Shown here piece by piece: positions 12,496 through 24,292 of a stretch of 53,392 nt of DNA. Under the pieces are notes generated by a model that did not search any database, was not told where the DNA came from, and was given only the letters and a program-made list of their open reading frames with translations. How positions within the stretch are numbered: position 1 is the stretch's first letter; every line of letters starts with the position of its first letter. Source of the DNA: Octopus bimaculoides (Eukaryota); the NCBI RefSeq assembly GCF_001194135.2, contig NC_068991.1:1759795-1813186 (forward strand). The letters run 5' to 3'. Made by a program: the position numbers and the translations under genes.

Positions 12496-13140
12496 CAGAC
12501 AGATTGACGGACGGAGTGTGAGAGACAGCTTTATATGGATGGTCCCAAGTGTTTCATTTGCAGCTGCTCGGCAGGTGTAGTTCAGGCGCTGATTTCTAAT
12601 TACACCACAAGGAGGAAATCCTTCCCCATCTTCACTCTACCCCTACCAAATTTCTACGCAGTCAATTGACCTGCTAGACATAGCAGCTAAATTCCCTCCA
12701 CTGTATCCTCCCGTTTGATTGAATGGGTGCCCATATTGGCCAATGTAAACTTAATTATGCAAACAGTCATGTGACTCATGACTGAAACCACAAAGAATAG
12801 GGCTGATCCGTGATACATATCTACATATATATGTAAAAAGCTCACCTTAATGTACAGAAGCTCACCGGCGCGCACCCCAGCCACCCTTACTTTCTTAACT
12901 CCTCATTAGAACCGCATTTCATTTCCAGTCGCTTTTCTTCCATTCGTTTTGCTAGTTTTGCTTTTTTTCCTTTCGTGTTTTTATTCTGTATTTTTTGTTT
13001 GATGAAGGTCCAGCGTCCGAAACATCAAGATCATTCCCTTTTTTTAAAGCGTTGAGCTAATACTACATTTGTTATAATTTGTCCATCCTGTGTTTCGATT
13101 AAGGTTGTATGAGATGTGTATACACATGTATACACACACG

Positions 13141-13173
<33 letters not shown>

Positions 13174-13502
13174 AGATTTAAGATATGTGTATATATAAGC
13201 GTATAATATCCCACTAAACATGATTAAGGTGTATAAGATACGCATGCCTGTTTATCTATTTATCTAGCTAACCATCTATTTCCCTCTCTCTCTCTCTCTC
13301 TCTTTTTTTTTTCTTTGTGTGTGTATATNNNNNNNNNNNNNNNNNNNNNNNNNNNNNNNNNNNNNNNNNNNNNNNNNNNNNNNNNNNNNNNNNNNNNNNN
13401 NNNNNNNNNNNNNNNNNNNNNNNNNNNNNNNNNNNNNNNNNNNNNNNNNNNNNNNNNNNNNNNNNNNNNNNNNNNNNNNNNNNNNNNNNNNNNNNNNNNN
13501 NN

Positions 13503-13533
<31 letters not shown>

Positions 13534-13804
13534 TATATATATATATGTGTGTGTATGTATGTAATATATAATATAAAATGTTATATTTTCACAGACAAAC
13601 AAACACACAGACACACACATATACATATATATATGTAGGTATGTATGTATGTTTCTGGCTGTAAGTACATATATATATATACATATATGTAGACCCACAG
13701 ATGGGACATTTGCCAAAATTTCAATTTGTGCTACTTAATTAGTTTTGGCCTTCACCACATGGCTATACACTATCTACTACTACTACTTCTACTACTACCT
13801 CTCC

Positions 13805-13805
<1 letters not shown>

Positions 13806-13878
<73 letters not shown>

Positions 13879-13888
13879 GTAATAATAA
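13806..13888. repeat. (TAA)n microsatellite, flanked by degenerate (CTA)n and (TAG)n
   Basis: Direct reading; source of the poly-Ile ORFs. Confidence 0.95.
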
Positions 13889-13962
13889 CACCAACACTAC
13901 TACAACTAACACTGCTACTGCTGTTAAGGCTTCTATTAGATAATAGTAGCGATGCTACAACC

Positions 13963-13995
<33 letters not shown>

Positions 13996-14075
13996 CGAAA
14001 TTACCCCAGCTGGTGCTGTTTGCTTTATTTTGAAAACTATACAAAATATGCGCGTAATACGTGCGTGGAAGAGTG

Positions 14076-14172
14076 TGTGTGACACCTTGGGCAAGTGTCT
14101 TCTATTATAACCTCGTGAATGGATATTTTAGATGAAAACTGAAAGATGCTTGTCGTGTTTATCTATATGTAT

Positions 14173-14221
<49 letters not shown>

Positions 14222-14458
14222 CGTGTATGTGTGTATGTGTGTGTCTTTGCCTCTGTGATTGTACCCCGTTACTGCAAGACAATCGGTGTTGTGTTCACGC
14301 CTCCTTAACTTAGCGGTTCGACAAAGAGATCGACAGAACAAGTACCAGGTCTTAAACAAAAATAAGTAGTGTTATCGATTCATTCGATTAAGACATTCTT
14401 TCTAGGCGGTGCCCCAGCATGGCCACAGTCTGAAGAATGAAACAAGAAAAAGATTAAA
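14076..14458 (+). mobile_element. Family C SINE lacking most of the head
   Basis: GACACCTTGGGCAAGTGTCTTCTATTATAACCTC, internal (TG)n, AACTTAGCGGTTCGACAAAGAGATCGACAGAACAAGTACCAGG, tail GGCGGTGCCCCAGCATGGCCACAGTC. Confidence 0.8.
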
Positions 14459-15388
14459 AAAGATATCCGTTGGTTTGTTTACTGACCGATTTCTCCAATC
14501 ACAATTTACATCTTATAGACAGAGATGGCAGAAAGCGCACAACTGAGATGCAGATAGAGAGAACATAGGACGTGCAAATTGTGTGCATTAGGTTTGGTGG
14601 CAGGCAACGAATACTTTCTGAAAAAATACCCATATTTTAATGAAATTTTGCAAATTGGTTTCCAAACGTATAGATTCCGATTAGGTTGATAAAATTTGAA
14701 AAGATTTTAACAAATATTTATTGCAAATATACAAATGAGAAGTTTGCTTCATTTTATTTTGAGGCAATAAATATTTTTGCTTTGAAAATTTAGCATTCAT
14801 TGCATCATTTTGAATACGCATCAAGAATTTTGATAAAAGTTAAATTATAGTTATTGTATTCATGCCATTTTTCCCCATATTACCTATTGGTAGTAAAAAT
14901 ATACTTCCAATGTGACCCGTATCACTGGAATCTTTATATATGTGTGTGTGTGTAGTCGAAAGTTACACCCACGCTTTAATCAGGTATTGTTTCTTTTTCT
15001 GTTTTTTTTTTCTTTCCTACTCAACTTTGATAAAAATTCACCCAAAACGTCAGTCTAAACCCCGTCTCCGTTTTTTCCACGCTCTCACTCAACTTACTCG
15101 ACAAATTGAAATGCTGGAAGTTTCTTTGATATTAGTATGGAAACCATCAAAGATAGGACAACCGCCGGCAGCAGGGTCACCGACCGTTTTTAGAATTAGG
15201 CAATCTTGGCTTATTTCACTTACTTTTGCTCCTTCCTGATAAACAGGTGGGCAGTGCCATTCCTAGGATGAGGGGTGTCTCAGCCATTAGAAACGCCGCT
15301 TACTCTCTTCTTTAGCATACTCTGGAAGAGAATCGACTAATAGCATATATACATACATACATACATACAGACCAAAAGAGAGATCGCC

Positions 15389-15443
15389 ATGTCCGCTTGC
15401 AGCCGGCTCCTGTTGTTCTATGCTGGTTGCCTGGCACTTCTTT
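15389..15443 (+). CDS. Candidate first coding exon encoding a signal-peptide-like N-terminus, MSACSRLLLFYAGCLALL (unidentified gene)
   Basis: GCC-ATG context, upstream ACAG acceptor at 15370, phase-1 donor GTACGT at 15444, a basic residue followed by a hydrophobic core. Unspliced it reads as a 28-aa ORF ending at 15475. Downstream exons were not identified. Confidence 0.3.
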
Positions 15444-16143
15444 GTACGTTTCCGTTTGTCGTTGAGAATTTCTGAACAATGACAGTGGAAACCATTTAGA
15501 AATAAGCAGAGTTGCATTTCCAGCCTATCAAATACATTTTGATGCTCTACATTTGAAGGATCGTGGTTGCTGTTTCTAGCAATTGATCAGTTAAGAAACC
15601 TCGCTACTTAATTATGCGTGGATTGACAAGAATTTTGAGGAGGTAACTTGATGTATTCGGATAATCTGACAATTAATGTGAGATACACCAAATTACATTT
15701 GTGTCTACCTTCCATGTTCGGGATTCTTGTTGCTGTTGCTGTAATGTATTGGTTTCGTGCATCTCGAGTGGGTCATTACCAATAATAAACACATAATCGG
15801 TTAAATAATTAAGCAATTGACATATGATAATAAAGAATAAAGAAGACAAACTGAACCAGTGCGTGTGTTCATTATTAGGATATTGACCCTCCCGAAGTAC
15901 AAATTCTGTTTCAATACACGAGATCACATCAAATACCTTGTAAACTATATACAAAACCAAAATTATGTATTATTTGTCCCTCCTTAATTAATCATTTATT
16001 AATTACTGATTTCTTCATAAATCCTTCAGTGTTTTTTTTCTTTTTTCGTAGTCACCGAAATCTTGCCTCCCTGTGTCTGGTCAAACAAGTTATTCTTATA
16101 ATGATTATGGTAATTATTGATATCGTGATTGTTACTGTTCTTT

Positions 16144-16197
16144 GTGGTGGTGATGGTGGTGATGGTGGTGGTGGTGGTGGTGGTGGTGGTGGTGGTT
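16144..16197. repeat. (GGT)n microsatellite
   Basis: Direct reading. Confidence 0.95.
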
Positions 16198-16967
16198 GTG
16201 CTGCTGCGGCTGCTGTTGTTGTCATTACTATAGAGGAATTTGTTTATATAATCCTGTGCTCAGTGCCCGATGTACACTGCATTTTCAGAGTGTTGCGTGT
16301 CTCATAAATATGTCAGTTTTCTCGTACAAAACATGTTTACCTAACACTGTTATACGTTTCAAGAGAGTGCTGCATGATACATACACACGTATATATACGA
16401 ATATATACATAAAAATATACATACATATGCCTATAGAGTGCGCATACACGCAAATATATATGTGTGTGTGTGTGTGTAACCCCACCCCTCGCGCACACAC
16501 ACACACACACACACACAAGAACAAGTATCTATATGTATATGTGTGCTTATATATGTGTGCATGTTTCATTTCGTTAGCGCGTTTGCTGCCTTTTTTTTAC
16601 CCCGGAGACATGAGCTGTCAAATGATGTTATTGACAAACTCTTCATATAAACACACGCCGATACCAACGTTGAAGTGCTTTACCTCCGTACTGGGGTATG
16701 CCTCTAACAAGGTGTAACAAGATTGCCTATCTTCCCTGAAAGCATACATTCCACAGCCGTAATTTAACCACATGGCCACCGATAAATAGTTTTATTACTT
16801 GCAACGCACTGTGTACTATTAAAAAGTAAACTAGTTTTTCACTAACCACAAACAAACGTACATATCTCCTCAGCTATCTATGAAAATACTAGTCGACCTG
16901 GCTGTCTACTCACCTAATCTCTCCCTCTCTCTCTTTCATTCTCTCTTTCTTACTCTCTTTCTCTCTC

Positions 16968-17002
<35 letters not shown>

Positions 17003-17650
17003 NNNNNNNNNNNNNNNNNNNNNNNNNNNNNNNNNNNNNNNNNNNNNNNNNNNNNNNNNNNNNNNNNNNNNNNNNNNNNNNNNNNNNNNNNNNNNNNNNN
17101 NNNNNNNNNNNNNNNNNNNNNNNNNNNNNNNNNNNNNNNNNNNNNNNNNNNNNNNNNNNNNNNNNNNNNNNNNNNNNNNNNNNNNNNNNNNNNNNNNNNN
17201 NNNNNNNNNNNNNNNNNNNNNNNNNNNNNNATATATATAAAATATAATATAATATAAAGAGACACATATATAATATATATACACATATATAAAGACACGC
17301 ATATATACATAAATATACATATGTATATATAAAGACATATATATAAGTACGTACATATATGAATAGATAAATAGATTTGTAGATGAATACTTGCATATAC
17401 AGACAAATGTGTGTATGTATGTATGTGCTTATAAGTACGTAGATATTGTTTTTTTACTTTTTCTTTTTTTTTTCCTTCTTTTTTGTCAATTCTTTGAATT
17501 CTTCAAATAAAGGAGGGACTGGTTTCTGAGATACAAAGCTAGAATACAGGAATTTAGATAACAACACTCTGTACATGTCTATATGTGTAAATATACATCA
17601 GTATGCACGTATGCACATGCGTCTTTCAATGTGCATATACAAATACATAT

Positions 17651-17754
<104 letters not shown>

Positions 17755-17845
17755 TTTGACATAAATGTAGATCTGCATCTACATATAGTGATGGTTGAGG
17801 AATGGCGAACACAGACACACAAATACACACACACACATACACATA

Positions 17846-17982
17846 TATGATGGGCTTCTTTCAGTTTCCATCTGCCAAATCTACTCACAAGGCTTTGGTC
17901 AGTCCGAGGCTATAGTAGAAGACGCTTGTCCAAGGTGCCACGCAGTGACACTGAACCCGAAACCATGTGGTAGAGAGGCAGC
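17846..17982 (-). mobile_element. Family C SINE 5' half
   Basis: GGGCTTCTTTCAGTTTCC...CACAAGGCTTTGGTC...GAGGCTATAGTAGAAGAC...CCAAGGTGCCACGCAGTG; near match to 44175-44290. Confidence 0.85.
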
Positions 17983-18003
17983 ATCTGATGTTACGCATAT
18001 AAG

Positions 18004-18150
18004 TTTGTAAGTGGAACAGTGAAAATATGCAAGACTTTTCTCAGGTCCCAAATGTGAATTTGTCTATGTTAACTACATCCCAAAGATGGGGTCTTGTCTC
18101 TCTGTCGGAAACCGGCTCCCTCCTCAGTGGAAGATTTATAATAATTAGAA
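18004..18150. repeat. Unclassified dispersed repeat; second copy at about 36777-36920
   Basis: TTTGTAAGTGGAACAGT(G/A)AAAATATGCAAGA is shared by both loci, followed by loosely alignable sequence. Confidence 0.6.
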
Positions 18151-18187
18151 AATAGAAGAGACATACATACATACATACATACATACA

Positions 18188-18218
<31 letters not shown>

Positions 18219-18389
18219 GTATTTGTGGCACAGTTTTTATCCCTTAAGTACCATTCACATGTCATTAGAGTACCCGATGCTATGATGAAAGACCTTTGTC
18301 CGATACGTCGCGTTCTGTGATCCATTCAAAACTACATTCTTACAGAGCGAAGTTCTGAACAGTTTCCTCCCAAATATCTACACAAATGA

Positions 18390-18461
<72 letters not shown>

Positions 18462-18524
18462 TCATGTTTAGCCTTGTCTAAAATCTAGCGCCCTGTTCAT
18501 GGCATATCATATTCTAGCCAATCT

Positions 18525-18669
18525 GTAACTTAGCAGTTCGCCAAATTGTCTACACTAGATTATGTTCCAGTGTGAATGACCAACGAGTGGATAGAATTCG
18601 ATTGCCTGCTAAAGGGGTTGTGCCCCAGGAGGGCTGCATTCAAATGACTGAAATAGGAAAAAGAATAAA
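18525..18669 (+). mobile_element. Family C SINE 3' half, degenerate
   Basis: GTAACTTAGCAGTTCG...GTGCCCCAG...CAAATGACTGAAA. Confidence 0.65.
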
Positions 18670-19151
18670 CACACAAATAAACAAATATATTGCAGGTTCT
18701 GAGAAGTTTGTAGAACTTTCAGAACTCCCGGAGAATGTTAGCGTTGGCAGATAATTCCGTCTGCTTCCCAGTGATCCTTTACTTGTCATGACCCTTATGA
18801 ACCAGATTAGGGTTACTTTTATCATTGACTTCCGTCTTATCTGATCAGTTGCTGCTGCCATATGTGTGTGTGCGTGTGTGTGAGTGTGGGTATGTATGTA
18901 TGTATGTTTCTATGTATGTATGTATGTATATATGAATGTACGTATGTGAATGTCATGTTTGCATGTTTCGTCACACGTGAATGTGTTTTTGTGATTAAGT
19001 GCGTGTATGTGTATGTATGTGTGTGCGTGTGCTTGATATTTATGTACGTTTTGTACTCTGTGTGTATGTCTGTTTCCTTATCTACCCATATACTTATATA
19101 TGTATGTATATATGTATGCATGTATGTATACATACATACACACACACACAG

Positions 19152-19226
<75 letters not shown>

Positions 19227-19257
19227 ACACACACTCACACACACACATGTACATATA

Positions 19258-19479
19258 TGAGTTCCTGGCTGAAAAGTTCCTGGCTTTGGGTAAAAGAAAA
19301 TACAGAAGGATCAGATAATTCTGATTTTATTTAATATATTCCCCTCTCAGATTCATACTTATTGCAGCCGATCGCAGTGGTTCGTTAGTTTTTCTAAGCC
19401 CTGCAAAAAAACCTCAGAATTTAGGGTCTCCAGCCAGGCCTTTCCCGATTCCCTTAAAGCCAAATACTTTTCAGCACCC
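19258..19479 (-). mobile_element. Mariner-derived non-autonomous element (MITE)
   Basis: TIRs GCTGAAAAGTTCCTGGCTTT (19268-19287) and AAAGCCAAATACTTTTCAGC (19456-19475) match at 16/20, with TA at the left edge. The interior on the minus strand encodes a frameshifted mariner-like C-terminus (AWLE...FLQGLEKL...CNK..NLRGEYIK*). Confidence 0.8.
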
Positions 19480-19528
19480 ATTCAAAGTTCCCGGACTGGT
19501 TATATTTAATAATAAATAACTTATTCAC

Positions 19529-20125
19529 TTAAGGTTTGACATCATCTCCTTCGAAGTAGTCACCTTGTGAAGCAATACACCAGTCCCAGCTTTCCTGCCA
19601 CTTTTGGAATCCGGCCTGGAAGTCGTTGTCCATAAGCGAGTCGAGAACCTTCTGCGATTCGCTCTCGATCTCGATAGTGGTCTTAAAACGACGACCTTTG
19701 ATCTACCTTTCCATCTTGTGGAAGAGAAGGATGTCTGCGGGAACTAACTCTGGCGAATAAGGTGGGTGTAGAAGCATGTTGTTTTTGGCGGGAAACTCAC
19801 GAGTGAGGAGATCTCGGTGCCAGAGTGCATTGTCGTCGTGAAAAGTCCAGTTCTTAACGCTCCACAGATCCGTTCACTTTCGCTGAATGACTTCCCTCAA
19901 ACTCTTCAAAACGTCGCAGTGGAACTCTCGACTGACGGCCCGGCCCTGACTCTGAGGGACGAACTCACGACGCACAACACCGCGGATGCCGAGAAAAACG
20001 TTGAGCACGGTCTTGGTTGAGCTGCAGCTCTGTCGTGACTTTTTCGGTCTTGGAGATGAAGGGTTTTTCGGTCGTGACAACTGCAGCTTCGTCTCAGGGT
20101 TGTACCCATAAACCCAATTCTCGTC
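19529..20125 (-). pseudogene. Decayed mariner (D,D34D-type) transposase, catalytic-domain half
   Basis: One frame reads DENWVYGYNPETK...PRPKKSRQ...HDDNA...HPPYSPELVPAD...KGRRF...FQKWQESWDWCIASQGDYFEGD. In-frame stops lie at 19874 and 19703. The second-to-third Asp spacing is 32 in this copy. The N-terminal HTH half is absent. The element end ATTCAAAGTTCCCGGACTGG is at 19480-19499. Confidence 0.92.
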
Positions 20126-20701
20126 TAGATATTTGTCAGACTTTAAATTGAAAACTAAATAAAAAAAATTTAAAAAACCAAATGAGGAAATACCGTTCAA
20201 CATTTTGACCGTCGCGCGAATGGTTCTGCCAGGTCGCCATCTTTGATTCAAATTTCTGGCGTAAAACCAGTAATTTTAGGGAGTTGAATTAGGGACTGAC
20301 ATCAACCCTGGTCTTTGGCTGGTACTTTATCGCATGAGGAAACATGTGCCACCAGATTGGTCCTTATCAGCTAGGAATACATTTTGTAAAATATTTGGCC
20401 TGAAAAAAATGGTGAGTAGCAGTAGTTGTAGTAAATCAGTTTTATTTAATGAAAACTGATCGGCTGAATGAAGAGGAGACATATGGAGAGTTTCACAGCC
20501 AACTTGGTTTAATTTAGACTGATAGATCGACAATAAAGAGATAAATATATGAATTAAATACGAACTGGGACTATGGACAACAACAAAAACAACATTATTT
20601 GATTATCAGATTTAGGAAGACTTCCAGACACAGAGACAAAGATAGATAGTTAGAGAGAGAAAGAGAGAAAGAGACCGGGAGAAGTAGACAGACAGACATA
20701 G

Positions 20702-20779
<78 letters not shown>

Positions 20780-20787
20780 GTAGACAT

Positions 20788-20830
<43 letters not shown>
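20702..20830. repeat. (GATA)n microsatellite
   Basis: Direct reading. Confidence 0.95.
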
Positions 20831-20831
<1 letters not shown>

Positions 20832-21124
20832 CAATGGGTCGTAAAGAGAGAGAAACGAAGAGAGAAAGAGAGAGGGGCTGCCATGTTGAATATACCAGAC
20901 ATAAATAGACAAACAGGAAACAACAAAGCATAAGATTGATGGAAACTGTGTATATGCATAAATGTATGTATACAGGTCTGTAGGCTTGTATGGTTGTATG
21001 CATGAATGTATGTACAGATAAATACGTGTGAGATAAGAGGGGGCAGTTTTTTGTATATACTAAGTAATTTATATGCTAATATCAATCAATATAGTTATTT
21101 TTTAATTCGTGCATATACATACAT

Positions 21125-21162
<38 letters not shown>

Positions 21163-21177
21163 GACGGGATCAACGTG

Positions 21178-21260
<83 letters not shown>

Positions 21261-21544
21261 ATGTATATAGCTATGTGTGTGGCGGGGTGTAATCATTATT
21301 AGTGTATCGTCACGTTTTTATGTCCAGAAAAATATGCATTTCTATTTATCTCATCAAAATGATCCTATATTATCAAGGGGAGAGGAGAAATAAAGAAATG
21401 ATGATGTTGAGGTGTTCATACGTTATCAAGAGCATCGAAATCACATTGTCCCGACTTGAAAGCAAAACTGAGACGGTGGGGGGGGGACTCCCTGTGAAAG
21501 TCATTCAGTCTGTGTCTATAGAATTCTTATGGTTCTAACAACAG

Positions 21545-21790
21545 CGGGATAGTCGAATCGGTGGAGCTACAGCCAAAATGGTAGTGTATTGAAAGAATCG
21601 GTAGAGCTTCCAACTAAAATATCTTGTGGTGTTTGTTTTAGCCTCTTTACGTCTTGTCTTGAAATTTGATCACGATCAGTCTTTTTTTTCTTTTCTTTTC
21701 TTTTGTCGTTGATCAATCAAATAAGATGCAATTTAAGAGCTGGGGTCAATGTCATTGACTGTTCTCTTCTCCTAGAATTTCTGGTCCTCT
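21545..21790 (+). mobile_element. Highly degenerate family K SINE with a duplicated head
   Basis: GAATCGGT(G/A)GAGCT occurs twice, followed by CTTTACGT and GAGCTGGGGTCAATGTC. Confidence 0.45.
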
Positions 21791-21996
21791 CTTGATGTTG
21801 AACTTTATTATCAAGAATTATAAACCAATCAAAAAAACTGTAGAAACCAGTTTAACATGAGTACGGAACAAACTCGGTTATGGTCTTTTATTACTTCGCG
21901 AGTAAAAAATCATTTTCGGATCATCAGACAAACTCGGGCACAAAGACACACGCACGCATACACACATACATCCATAAATGCATACATACATATGTG

Positions 21997-22058
21997 ACAA
22001 GGCTTTGGTCGGCCTATGGTCATAATAGAAGATACTTGCCCAAGGTGTCATTCAGTGG
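21997..22058 (-). mobile_element. Family C SINE central fragment
   Basis: ACAAGGCTTTGGTCGG...TAGAAGATACTTGCCCAAGGTG. Confidence 0.65.
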
Positions 22059-22084
22059 TATAAACTAGGACGTTCTGTCTCACT

Positions 22085-22310
22085 AAATGGTTCTCAACCG
22101 TTTTTTGCCTTTGGACTCTCATAACCATTCCATGTTTAAAAAAAAAATCCTATAGTTTTTTGTTTATTCTTTGTAATTAAATATCAGGAATTTTATCAAA
22201 AAATTCTTAAAATATTTTGAGTATTCTAGAACTAAATTATTGCAGACTTTTGACATGAAAATCTTATATGGACCCCCAAGGGCTGTATAGACCCCAGGTG
22301 AGAACTACTA
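22085..22310. mobile_element. hAT-like MITE
   Basis: Degenerate TIRs AAATGGTTCTCAACC and GGTGAGAACTACT flank an AT-rich interior, and no 8-bp TSD survives. A solo similar end, CAGTGATTCTCAACCAGGGTCC, lies at 489-510. Confidence 0.55.
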
Positions 22311-22723
22311 CCCTGACTGAATCCTAAGAAAAAATTAAGAGGTATGTTGAAGGTAGAGGCGGTGGAATGACCAGGTGGATGGGGTGAGTGAACTAACTAT
22401 TCATGAGATCACCGGTTCACTTCTGGTGTTTGGTAAATTTTTCTGGAGAGGTTTTTATAAGGGAAAATGGTAAAGTTTCGTAAGGATGACGTTTGCTGAC
22501 CCTCTTTTTGTTCGTGTGAAATTGATATGGCAGATGATAAACCACAGAGATGGAGTGTTGGGCTGTCACGTGATTGCATGTAGGACTGTGAGTGTGTGTG
22601 CACGCGCGCGCCTTGATCCATATGTATCAGAAATAAGTTGGTGACGAAAGAACTGAGTTGAAAAACATCGATTAGTCGAGATTATCCATGCAATAAGTAG
22701 AGAAAACTTCCGTCTAGACGTGT

Positions 22724-22993
22724 TTAATATCTGGTCAAAATGCGCTTCCAATTCTGTCTTGATTGCGCCATTCTTTTCCATCTTAACCCAAATTGCTTAA
22801 CTAAATCGCCTTGCCACCACCGTGAAGGTCTTCCTAAAAGCTTCTCCCAATCTCATGGAAACCACTCGGCAACTGCACATGTCCACCTATTGCCCGTGGA
22901 TCTTGCGATATGTCCAGCTCAGTAGAACTTGTGTTTTCAGTATTCTACGATCCCATCGTTCACTCCGCTCCATTCTCGAATTATTTCATTTTG
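22724..22993 (-). mobile_element. 5'-truncated RTE-clade LINE, 3' end of the ORF (absent from the ORF track)
   Basis: Single frame [86 protein letters not shown]. It matches the RTE C-terminal signature WAGHIAR...RW...EW.PR..KR..GRP.RW.DDL...W...AQ.R..WK. The three TGA stops are at 22937, 22919 and 22853. Confidence 0.88.
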
Positions 22994-22997
22994 AAAT

Positions 22998-23513
<516 letters not shown>

Positions 23514-23712
23514 TTCAAATGAAAGGAGTGGGATACAGATAAGGATGGAAATATAGAAACCTTCTGTGTAAATGCATGAGAGAGTGGCAGGGAGAGAGAC
23601 GGACATAAAAATAAAAGAGAAGGAAGAGAGGAAGGAAAAAGTAAAATAGAGAGAGAGGGGGGGTTGAGAGAGTAAGTGGTGTATTGATATTATATGTTGA
23701 ATAAAAGGAGGT

Positions 23713-23861
23713 AGTCAGAATTTTGGATAATTCTTTATTAACGTTTTCGTTCGTTTAACCGAACTTTTCAAGACAAAAATTAAAACCAAAATGATTTTTG
23801 TCTTGAAGAGTTCAGTTAAACGGACGAAAGCGCTAATAAAGAATTATATAAAATTCTGACT
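23713..23861. repeat. Long foldback (inverted repeat) element, copy 2
   Basis: The 68-nt arms 23713-23780 and 23794-23861 are 61/68 complementary, with a 13-nt loop. Confidence 0.92.
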
Positions 23862-24256
23862 TTCCTTTTTTAACACACACACACACAAACACACATATAT
23901 ATATAACGATTTATTCACCCGAATGGGTAAAACCTTGAATAAAACTGCATAAGAATGTCTTGGGTAAATATGCACTGCAACTGAACCAACAAAATGAACA
24001 TAAATGCTACATCAAAGGATATACTAGGACACTTATTCAGCAGAAACACGTGTCGGATTAGAATTTTATGAGAATAATGCTTTAATAAATAAGTTTTGAA
24101 TATGTATAATTCTCCATTCTTTATGACGCTTTAAGTTAATACAGACACATACATACGCATCTCTCTTTCCTCTCTCTCTCACACACAGAGTCTCTCATAT
24201 ACTGGATAGATACTATCCCTTAGTGGTTTGAACCCCCAGCCCCTAACTCTCTCACG

Positions 24257-24292
<36 letters not shown>

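Noticed and set aside
5231-16066. Shared 13-mers: ACCGAAATCTTGC (5231 and 16054) and TTGACCTGCTAGA (12666 and the reverse strand at 47968)
   Set aside because: A few 13-mer coincidences are expected by chance in this much unique sequence.
18694-18754. Cadherin-like peptide GSEKFVELSELPENVSVGR
   Set aside because: It stops after 19 codons and has no further cadherin motifs.
19874-20251. Intact 125-aa gene
   Set aside because: The first 42 codons are non-homologous and the rest is a stop-interrupted mariner fragment.
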